Origin: the human T2T-CHM13v2.0 reference genome, Homo sapiens
Strand: one strand, 5' to 3'
NCBI RefSeq assembly: GCF_009914755.1
Contig: NC_060933.1
DNA length: 64,000 nt
The translations under genes and the position numbers were made by a program. Below are positions 53,801-64,000 of the stretch, piece by piece. Below the pieces are notes generated by a model. The model made no database searches. It saw only the letters and a program-made list of their open reading frames with translations, and had not been told where the DNA came from. Numbering within the stretch: position 1 is the stretch's first letter; every line of letters begins with the position of its first letter.

Positions 53801-56800
53801 CATAGAGCATGTTTGAAACTCTCTTTCTGTAGTATCTGCAAACGGACATTTCAAACGCTTTCAGGCCTATGGTGAGAAAGGAAATATCTTCAAATAAAAA
53901 CTAGTCAGAAGCATTCTCAGAAACTTATTTGCGATGTGTGTCCTCAACTAACAGAGTTGAACCTTTCTTTTGATACAACATTTTGGAAACACTCTTTTTG
54001 TAGAATCTGCAAGTGGATATTTGAATAGCTTTGAAGGTTTCGTTGGAAACGGGAATATCTTCATATAAAATCAAGACAGAAGCATTCTCAGAAACTTCTC
54101 TGTGATGTTTGCATTCAACTCATAGAGTTGAACACTTCCCTTCATACAGCAGGTTTGAAACACTCTTTTTCTAATATTTGGAAGTGGACATTTGCAGCGC
54201 TTTGAGGCCTATGTTGAAAAAGGAAATATCTTCTCCTAAAAACCAGACAGAAGCATTCTCAGAAACTTCCTTGTGATGTGTGTACTCAAGTAACAGAGTT
54301 GAACCTTCCTTTTGACAGAGCAGTTTTGAAGCACTCTTTTTGTAGAATCTGCAAGTGGATATTTTGATACCTTTGAGGATTTCGTTGGACACGGGATATC
54401 TTCATATAAAATCAAGACAGAAGCATTCTCAGAAACTTCTTTGTGCTGTATGTCCTCAATTAACAGAGTTGAACCATTGTGTGGATACAGCATTTCGGAA
54501 ACATTCCTTTAGTAGAATCTGCAAGTTGATATTTAGATAGCTAGGAAGATTTCCTTGGAAACGGGAATATCTTCATATAAAATCTAGACGGAAGCATTCT
54601 CAGAAAGTGCTTTGTGATGTTTGCATTCAAGTCACAGAGTTGAATATTCCCTTTTATAGAGTAGGTTTGAAACACTCTTTCTGCACTACCTGGAAGTGGA
54701 CATTTGGAGCGCTTTGAGGCCTATGTTGAAAAAGGAAATATCTTCCCATAAAAACTAGACAGAAGCATTCTCAGAAACTTGTTTGTGATGTGTGTATTCA
54801 ACTAACAGAGATGAACCTTTCTTTTTACAGAGCAGTTTTGAAACACTCTTTTTGTGGAATCTGAAAGTGGATATTTGGATAGCTTTGAGGATTTCGTTGG
54901 AAACGGGATTACATATAAAACCTAGAGAGAAGCATTCTCAGGAACTTCTTTGTGATGTTTGCCTTCAAGTCACAGGACTGAACATTCCCTTTCATAGAGC
55001 AGGTTTGAAACACTCTTTGTGTAGTATCTGCAAGCTGACGTTTCATGCGCTTTCAGGCCTATGGTGAGAAAGGAAATATCTTCAAGTAAAAACTAGACAG
55101 AAGCATTCTCAGAAACTTATTTGCCATGTGTGTTCTCAACTAACAGAGTTGAACCTTTGTTTTGATACGGCATTTTGGAAACACTCTTTTTGTAGGATCT
55201 GCAGGTCGATATTCGGATAGCTTTGAAGGTTTCGTTGGAAACGGGAATATCTTCATATAAAATCTAGACGGAAGCATTCTCAGAAACTGCTTTGTGATGT
55301 TTTCATTCAAGTCACAGAGTAGAATGTTCCCTGTTATATACCAGGTTTGAGACACTCTTTCTGCACTACCTGGAAGTGGACATTTGGAGCGCTTTGAGGC
55401 CTATGATGAAAAAGGAAATATCTTCCCATAAAAACTAGACAGAAGCATTCTCAGAAACTTGTTTGTGATGTGTGTATTCAACTAACAGAGATGAACCTTT
55501 CTTTTTACAGAGCAGTTTTGAAACACTCTTTTTGTGGAATCTGAAAGTGGATATTTGGATAGCTTTGAGGATTTCGTTGGAAACGGGATTACATATAAAA
55601 TCTAGAGAGAAGCATTCTCAGGAACTTCTTTGTGATGTTTGCATTCACGTCACAGAACTGAACATTCCCTTTCATAGAGCATGTTTGAAACACTCTTTCT
55701 GTAGTATCTGCAAACGGACATTTCAAACGCTTTCAGGCCTATGGTGAGAAAGGAAATATCTTCAAATAAAAACTAGACAGAAGCATTCTCAGAAACTTAT
55801 TTGCGATGTGTGTCCTCAACTAACAGAGTTGAACCTTTCTTTTGAGACAACATTTTGGAAACACTCTTTTTGTAGAATCTGCAAGTGGATATTTGGATAG
55901 CTTTGAAGGTTTCGTTGGAAACGGGAATATCTTCATATAAAATCAAGACAGAAGCATTCTCAGAAACTTCTCTGTGATGTTTGCATTCAACTCATAGAGT
56001 TGAACACCTCCCTTCATACAGCAGGTTTGAAACACTCTTTTTGTAATATTTGGAAGTGGACATTTGCAGCGCTTTGAGGCCTATGATGAAAAAGGTAATA
56101 TCTTCCCATAAAAACTAGACAGAAGCATTCTCAGAAACTTGTTTTTGATGTGTGTATTCAACTAACAGAGATGAACCTTTCTTTTTACAGAGCAGTTTTG
56201 AAACACTCTTTTTGTGGAATCTGAAAGTGGATATTTGGATAGCTTTGAGGATTTCGTTGGAAACGGGATTACATATAAAACCTAGAGAGAAGCATTCTCA
56301 GGAACTTCTTTGTGATGTTTGCCTTCAAGTCACAGGACTGAACATTCCCTTTCATAGAGCAGGTTTGAAACACTCTTTCTGTAGTATCTGCAAGCTGACG
56401 TTTCAAGCGCTTTCAGGCCTATGGTGAGAAAGGAAATATCTTCAAGTAAAAACTAGACAGAAGCATTCTCAGAAACTTATTTGCCATGTGTGTTCTCAAC
56501 TAACAGAGTTGGACCTTTGTTTTGATACGGCATTTTGGAAACACTCTTTTTGTAGAATCTGCAGGTGGATATTCGGATAGCTTTGAAGGTTTCGTTGGAA
56601 ACGGGAATATCTTCATATAAAATCTAGACGGAAGCATTCTCAGAAACTGCTTTGTGATGTTTTCATTCAAGTCACAGAGTAGAATGTTCCCTGTTATATA
56701 CCAGGTTTGAGACACTCTTTCTGCACTACCTGGAAGTGGACGTTTGGAGCGCTTTGAGGCCTATGTTGAAAAAGGAAATATCTTCCCATAAAAACTAGAC

Positions 56801-59800
56801 AGAAGCATTCTCAGAAACTTGTTTGTGATGTGTGTATTCAACTAACAGAGATGAACCTTTCTTTTTACAGAGCAGTTTTGAAACACTCTTTTTGTGGAAT
56901 CTGAAAGTGGATATTTGGATAGCTTTGAGGATTTCGTTGGAAACGGGATTACATATAAAATCTAGAGAGAAGCATTCTCAGGAACTTCTTTGTGATGTTT
57001 GCATTCACGTCACAGAACTGAACATTCCCTTTCATAGAGCATGTTTGAAACACTCTTTCTGTAGTATCTGCAAACGGACATTTCAAACGCTTTCAGGCCT
57101 ATGGTGAGAAAGGAAATATCTTCAAATAAAAACTAGACAGAAGCATTCTCAGAAACTTATTTGCGATGTGTGTCCTCAACTAACAGAGTTGAACCTTTCT
57201 TTTGATACAACATTTTGGAAACACTCTTTTTGTAGAATCTGCAAGTGGATATTTGGATCGCTTTGAAGGTTTCGTTGGAAACGGGAATATCTTCATATAA
57301 AATCAAGACAGAAGCATTCTCAGAAACTTCTCTGTGATGTTTGCATTCAACTCATAGAGTTGAACACTTCCCTTCATACAGCAGGTTTGAAACACTCTTT
57401 TTCTAATATTTGGAAGTGGACATTTGCAGCGCTTTGAGGCCTATGTTGAAAAAGGAAATATCTTCTCCTAAAAACCAGACAGAAGCATTCTCAGAAACTT
57501 CCTTGTGATGTGTGTACTCAAGTAACAGAGTTGAACCTTCCTTTTGACAGAGCAGTTTTGAAGCACTCTTTTTGTAGAATCTGCAAGTGGATATTTTGAT
57601 ACCTTTGAGGATTTCGTTGGACACGGGATATCTTCATATAAAATCTAGACAGAAGCATTCTCAGAAACTTCTTTGTGCTGTATGTCCTCAATTAACAGAG
57701 TTGAACCTTTGTGTGGATACAGCATTTTGGAAACATTCCTTTAGTAGAATCTGCAAGTTGATATTTAGATAGCTAGGAAGATTTCCTTGGAAACGGGAAT
57801 ATCTTCATATAAAATCTAGACGGAAGCATTCTCAGAAAGTGCTTTGTGATGTCTTCATTCAAGTCACAGAGTAGAATGTTCCCTTTTATAGAGCAGGTTT
57901 GAAACACTCTTTCTGCACTACCTGGAAGTGGACATTTGGAGCGCTTTGAGACCTATGTTGAAAAAGGAAATATCTTCCCATAAAAACTAGACAGAAGCAT
58001 TCGCAGAACCTTGTTTGTGATGTGTGTATTCAACTAACAGAGATGAACCTTTCTTTTTACAGAGCAGTTTTGAAACACTCTTTTTGTGGAATCTGAAAGT
58101 GGATATTTGGATAGCTTTGAGGATTTCGTTGGAAACGGGATTACATATAAAACCTAGAGAGAAGCATTCTCAGGAACTTCTTTGAGATGTTTGCCTTCAA
58201 GTCACAGGACTGAACATTCCCTTTCATAGAGCAGGTTTGAAACACTCTTTCTGTAGTATCTGCAAGCTGACGTTTCAAGCGCTTTCAGGCCTATGGTGAC
58301 AAAGGAAATATCTTCAAGTAAAAACTAGACGGAAGCATTCTCAGAAACTTATTTGCCATGTGTGTTCTCAACTAACAGAGTTGAACCTTTGTTTTGATAT
58401 GGCATTTTGGAAACACTCTTTTTGTAGAATCTGCAGGTGGATATTCGGATAGCTTTGAAGGTTTCGTTGGAAACGGGAATATCTTCATATAAAATCTAGA
58501 CGGAAGCATTCTCAGAAACTGCTTTGTGATGTTTTCATTCAAGTCACAGAGTAGAATGTTCCCTGTTATATAACAGGTTTGAGACACTCTTTCTGCACTA
58601 CCTGGAAGTGGACGTTTGGAGCGCTTTGAGGCCTATGTTGAAAAAGGAAATATCTTCCCATAAAAACTAGACAGAAGCATTCTCAGAAACTTGTTTGTGA
58701 TGTGTGTATTCAACTAACAGAGATGAACCTTTCTTTTTACAGAGCAGTTTTGAAAGACTCTTTTTGTGGAATCTGAAAGTGGATATTTGGATAGCTTTGA
58801 GGATTCCCTTTCATAGAGCAGGTTTGAAACACTCTTTCTGTAGTATCTGCAAGCTGACGTTTCAAGCGCTTTCAGGCCTATGGTGAGAAAGGAAATATCT
58901 TCAAGTAAAAACTAGACAGAAGCATTCTCAGAAACTTATTTGCCATGTGTGTTCTCAACTAACAGAGTTGAACCTTTGTTTTGATATGGCATTTTGGAAA
59001 CACTCTTTTTGTAGAATCTGCAGGTGGATATTCGGATAGCTTTGAAGGTTTCGTTGGAAACGGGAATATCTTCATATAAAATCTAGACGGAAGCATTCTC
59101 AGAAACTGCTTTGTGATGTTTTCCTTCAAGTCACAGAGTAGAATGTTCCCTGTTATATACCAGGTTTGAGACACTCTTTCTGCACTACCTGGAAGTGGAC
59201 ATTTGCAGCGCTTTGAGGCCTATGATGAAAAAGGAAATATCTTCCCATAAAAACTAGACAGAAGCATTCTCAGAAACTTGTTTGTGATGTGTGTATTCAA
59301 CTAACAGAGATGAACCTTTCTTTTTACAGAGCAGTTTTGAAACACTCTTTTTGTGGAGTCTGAAAGTGGATATTTGGATAGCTTTGAGGAATTCGTTGGA
59401 AACGGGATTACATATAAAATCTAGAGAGAAGCATTCTCAGGAACTTCTTTGTGATGTTTGCATTCACGTCACAGAACTGAACATTCCCTTTCATAGAGCA
59501 TGTTTGAAACACTCTTTCTGTAGTATCTGCAAACGGACATTTCAAACGCTTTCAGGCCTATGGTGAGAAAGGAAATATCTTCAAATAAAAACTAGACAGA
59601 AGCATTCTCAGAAACTTATTTGCGATGTGTGTCCTCAACTAACAGAGTTGAACCTTTCTTTTGATACAACATTTTGGAAACACTCTTTTTGTAGAATCTG
59701 CAAGTGGATATTTGAATAGCTTTGAAGGTTTCGTTGGAAACGGGAATATCTTCATATAAAATCAAGACAGAAGCATTCTCAGAAACTTCTCTGTGATGTT

Positions 59801-62800
59801 TGCATTCAACTCATAGAGTTGAACACTTCCCTTCATACAGCAGGCTTGAAACACTCTTTTTGTAATATTTGGAAGTGGACATTTGCAGCGCTTTGAGGCC
59901 TATGATGAAAAAGGTAATATCTTCCCATAAAAACTAGACAGAAGCATTCTCAGAAACTTGTTTGTGATGTGTGTATTCAACTAACAGAGATGAACCTTTC
60001 TTTTTACAGAGCAGTTTTGAAACACTCTTTTTGTGGAATCTGAAAGTGGATATTTGGATAGCTTTGCGGATTTCGTTGGAAACGGGATTACATATAAAAT
60101 CTAGGGAGAAGCATTCTCAGGAACTTCTTTGTGATGTTTGCATTCAAGTCACAGAACTGAACATTCCCTTTCATAGAGCAGGTTTGAAACACTCTTTCTG
60201 TAGTATCTGCAAGCGGACGTTTTAAGCGCTTTCAGGCCTGTGGTGAGAAAGGAAATATCTTCAAATAAAAACTAGACAGAAGCATTCTCAGAAACTTATT
60301 TGCGATGTGTGTCCTCAACTAACAGAGTTGAACCTTTCTTTTGATACAACATTTTGGAAACACTCTTTTTGTAGAATCTGCAAGTGGATATTTGGATAGC
60401 TTTGAAGGTTTCGTTGGAAACGGGAATATCTTCATATGAAATCAAGACAGAAGCATTCTCAGAAACTTCTCTGTGATGTTTGCATTCAACTCATAGAGTT
60501 GAACACTTCCCTTCATACAGCAGGTTTGAAACACTCTTTTTCTAATATTTGGAAGTGGACATTTGCAGCGCTTTGAGGCCTATGTTGAAAAAGGAAATAT
60601 CTTCTCCTAAAAACCAGACAGAAGCATTCTCAGAAACTTCCTTGTGATGTGTGTACTCAAGTAACAGAGTTGAACCTTCCTTTTGACAGAGCAGTTTTGA
60701 AGCACTCTTTTTGTAGAATCTGCAAGTGGATATTTTGATACCTTTGAGGATTTCGTTGGACACGGGATATCTTCATATAAAATCTAGACAGAAGCATTCT
60801 CAGAAACTTCTTTGTGCTGTATGTCCTCAATTAACAGAGTTGAACCTTTGTGTGGATACAGCATTTTGGAAACATTCCTTTAGTAGAATCTGCAAGTTGA
60901 TATTTAGATAGCTAGGAAGATTTCCTTGGAAACGGGAATATCTTCATATAAAATCTAGACGGAAGCATTCTCAGAAAGTGCTTTGTGATGTTTGCATTCA
61001 AGTCACAGAGTTGAATATTCCCTTTTATAGAGCAGGTTTGAAACACTCTTTCTGCACTACCTGGAAGTGGACATTTGGAGCGCTTTGAGGCCTATGTTGA
61101 AAAACGAAATATCTTCCCATAAAAACTAGACAGAAGCATTCTCAGAAACTTGTTTGTGATGTGTGTATTCAACTAACAGAGATGAACCTTTCTTTTTACA
61201 GAGCAGTTTTGAAACACTCTTTTTGTGGAATCTGAAAGTGGATATTTGGATAGCTTTGAGGATTTCGTTGGAAACGGGATTACATATAAAACCTAGAGAG
61301 AAGCATTCTCAGGAACTTCTTTGTGATGTTTGCCTTCAAGTCACAGGACTGAACATTCCCTTTCATAGAGCAGGTTTGAAACACTCTTTCTGTAGTATCT
61401 GCAAGCTGACGTTTCAAGCGCTTTCAGGCCTATGGTGAGAAAGGAAATATCTTCAAGTAAAAACTAGACAGAAGCATTCTCAGAAACTTATTTGAGATGT
61501 GTGTTCTCAACTAACAGAGTTGAACCTTTGTTTTGATATGGCATTTTGGAAACACTCTTTTTGTAGAATCTGCAGGTGGATATTCGGATAGCTTTGAAGG
61601 TTTCGTTGGAAACGGGAATATCTTCATATAAAATCTAGACGGAAGCATTCTCAGAAACTGCTTTGTGATGTTTTCATTCAAGTCACAGAGTAGAATGTTC
61701 CCTGTTATATACCAGGTTAGAGACACTCTTTCTGCACTACCTGGAAGTGGACATTTGCAGCGCTTTGAGGCCTATGATGAAAAAGGAAATATCTTCCCAT
61801 AAAAACTAGACAGAAGCATTCTCAGAAACTTGTTTGTGATGTGTGTATTCAACTAACAGAGATGAACCTTTCTTTTTACAGAGCAGTTTTGAAACACTCT
61901 TTTTGTGGAATCTGAAAGTGGATATTTGGATAGCTTTGAGGATTTCGTTGGAAACGGGATTACATATAAAATCTAGAGAGAAGCATTCTCAGGAACTTCT
62001 TTGTGATGTTTGCATTCACGTCACAGAACTGAACATTCCCTTTCATAGAGCATGTTTGAAACACTCTTTCTGTAGTATCTGCAAGCGGACGTTTTAAGCG
62101 CTTTCAGGCCTGTGGTGAGAAAGGAAATATCTTCAAATAAAAACTAGACAGAAGCATTCTCAGAAACTTATTTGCGATGTGTGTCCTCAACTAACAGAGT
62201 TGAACCTTTCTTTTGATACAACATTTTGGAAACACTCTTTTTGTAGAATCTGCAAGTGGATATTTGGATAGCTTTGAAGGTTTCGTTGGAAACGGGAATA
62301 TCTTCATATGAAATCAAGACAGAAGCATTCTCAGAAACTTCTCTGTGATGTTTGCATTCAACTCATAGAGTTGAACACTTCCCTTCATACAGCAGGTTTG
62401 AAACACTCTTTTTCTAATATTTGGAAGTGGACATTTGCAGCGCTTTGAGGCCTATGTTGAAAAAGGAAATATCTTCTCCTAAAAACCAGACAGAAGCATT
62501 CTCAGAAACTTCCTTGTGATGTGTGTACTCAAGTAACAGAGTTGAACCTTCCTTTTGACAGAGCAGTTTTGAAGCACTCTTTTTGTAGAATCTGCAAGTG
62601 GATATTTTGATACCTTTGAGGATTTCGTTGGACACGGGATATCGTCATATAAAATCTAGACAGAAGCATTCTCAGAAACTTCTTTGTTCTGTATGTCCTC
62701 AATTAACAGAGTTGAACCTTTGTGTGGATACAGGATTTTGGAAACATTCCTTTAGTAGAATCTGCAAGTTGATATTTAGATAGCTAGGAAGATTTCCTTG

Positions 62801-64000
62801 GAAACGGGAATATCTTCATATAAAATCTAGACGGAAGCATTCTCAGAAAGTGCTTTGTGATGTTTGCATTCAAGTCACAGAGTTGAATATTCCCTTTTAT
62901 AGAGCAGGTTTGAAACACTCTTTCTGCACTACCTGGAAGTGGACATTTGGAGCGCTTTGAGGCCTATGTTGAAAAAGGAAATATCTTCCCATAAAAACTA
63001 GACAGAAGCATTCTCAGAAACTTGTTTGTGATGTGTGTATTCAACTAACAGAGATGAACCTTTCTTTTTACAGAGCAGTTTTGAAACACTCTTTTTGTGG
63101 AATCTGAAAGTGGATATTTGGATAGCTTTGCGGATTTCGTTGGAAACGGGATTACATATAAAACCTAGAGAGAAGCATTCTCAGGAACTTCTTTGTGATG
63201 TTTGCATTCAAGTCACAGAACTGAACATTCCCTTTCATAGAGCAAGTTTGAAACACTCTTTCTGTAGTATCTGCAAGCTGACGTTTCAAGCGCTTTCAGG
63301 CCTATGGTGAGAAAGGAAATATCTTCAAGTAAAAACTAGACAGAAGCATTCTCAGAAACTTATTTGCCATGTGTGTTCTCAACTAACAGAGTTGAACCTT
63401 TGTTTTGATATGGCATTTTGGAAACACTCTTTTTGTAGAATCTGCAGGTGGATATTCGGATAGCTTTGAAGGTTTCGTTGGAAACGGGAATATCTTCATA
63501 TAAAATCTAGACGGAAGCATTCTCAGAAACTGCTTTGTGATGTTTTCATTCAAGTCACAGAGTAGAATGTTCCCTGTTATATACCAGGTTTGAGACACTC
63601 TTTCTGCACTACCTGGAAGTGGACATTTGCAGCGCTTTGAGGCCTATGATGAAAAAGGAAATATCTTCCCATAAAAACTAGACAGAAGCATTCTCAGAAA
63701 CTTGTTTTTGATGTGTGTATTCAACTAACAGAGATGAACCTTTCTTTTTACAGAGCAGTTTTGAAACACTCTTTTTGTGGAATCTGAAAGTGGATATTTG
63801 GATAGCTTTGAGGAATTCGTTGGAAACGGGATTACATATAAAATCTAGAGAGAAGCATTCTCAGGAACTTCTTTGTGATGTTTGCATTCACGTCACAGAA
63901 CTGAACATTCCCTTTCATAGAGCATGTTTGAAACACTCTTTCTGTAGTATCTGCAAACGGACATTTCAAACGCTTTCAGGCCTATGGTGAGAAAGGAAAT
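47867..64000 (+). repeat. Large intra-array duplication, copy 2 (runs off the window end)
   Basis: Same block order, same 93-bp deletion and same private SNVs as 23800-39933. Confidence 0.93.
58677..59263 (+). repeat. 587-bp A block carrying the same 93-bp deletion (duplicate copy)
   Basis: Spacing 58704 to 59291 is 587 bp, with the identical junction and ATT at 58803-58805. Confidence 0.95.

Larger units (their letters stand above)
1..64000 (+). repeat. Centromeric alpha-satellite higher-order-repeat array (dimeric, probably SF2; chr4 D4Z1 / chr9 D9Z4-like by unit sizes, tentative)
   Basis: The motif AGAAGCATTCTCAGAAACT recurs every ~170 bp across the whole window. Canonical TTTCGTTGGAAACGGGA boxes alternate with CTATG(A/T/G)TGA(A/G)AAAGGAA boxes. 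Identical ORF copies recur at 680 and 1192 bp spacing. The alpha-satellite call is certain; the family and chromosome assignment is from recall only. Confidence 0.98.

Noticed and set aside
268-63990. Dozens of near-identical 60-91 aa ORFs (MYSTNRDEPFF..., MSQTWYIT..., MSNEILKG..., MDILIPLR...)
   Set aside because: They are chance open frames within satellite monomers, often with non-ATG starts (GTG), on both strands, and they are broken freely by SNVs. There is no gene structure. I used them only as positional markers.
1-64000. CRISPR-like or recombination-cassette reading of the recurring AGAAGCATTCTCAGAAACT motif
   Set aside because: The intervening sequences are homologous monomers, not unique spacers. 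There are no cas or recombinase genes, and the sequence is plainly alpha satellite.
1-64000. Transposon insertion (Alu/L1), inversion or non-satellite island
   Set aside because: All block spacings are accounted for by 680, 1192, 851 or 587 bp. I saw no poly-A tail, no target-site duplication and no reverse-orientation CENP-B box (TCCCGTTTCCAACGAA) on the + strand.
1-64000. Firm chromosome assignment (chr4 vs chr9 vs chr13/21) and location of the active kinetochore
   Set aside because: Unit sizes overlap among SF2 arrays and need alignment to references. CENP-A occupancy and the methylation dip cannot be read from sequence.
1-64000. A previously undescribed gene-encoded biological system, or an information code in the A/B/7-mer order
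   Set aside because: Block order is explained by in-register unequal exchange and duplication, and nothing in the sequence supports a new system.

Overview
The whole 64 kb window is one uninterrupted, head-to-tail, single-orientation array of primate (human-type) centromeric alpha satellite (~171 bp monomers). CENP-B-box monomers alternate with pJalpha-type monomers, consistent with a dimeric suprachromosomal family, most likely SF2. The array is built from 680-bp 4-monomer blocks (two sequence types, called A and B here) and a 1192-bp 7-monomer block. These give higher-order repeat (HOR) variants of 4n+7 monomers: 11-mer 1872 bp, 15-mer 2552 bp, 19-mer 3232 bp and 23-mer 3912 bp. There are also rare 851-bp 5-mers and a block with a 93-bp deletion. 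From recall, these unit sizes best fit the related chr4/chr9 arrays (D4Z1/D9Z4); this assignment is not verified. I found no protein-coding genes, RNA genes, transposons, inversions or CRISPR arrays, and all listed ORFs are artefacts of the repeat. I do not see a new gene-encoded biological system. What is of interest is the array's structural history: a near-identical duplication at 24,067 bp offset, nested duplications at 12,931/13,611, 9,187, 24,409 and 4,424 bp offsets, a microhomology deletion removing a CENP-B box, a probable gene-conversion tract, a divergent patch next to the duplication breakpoint, and a consistent absence of functional CENP-B boxes in adjacent monomers.
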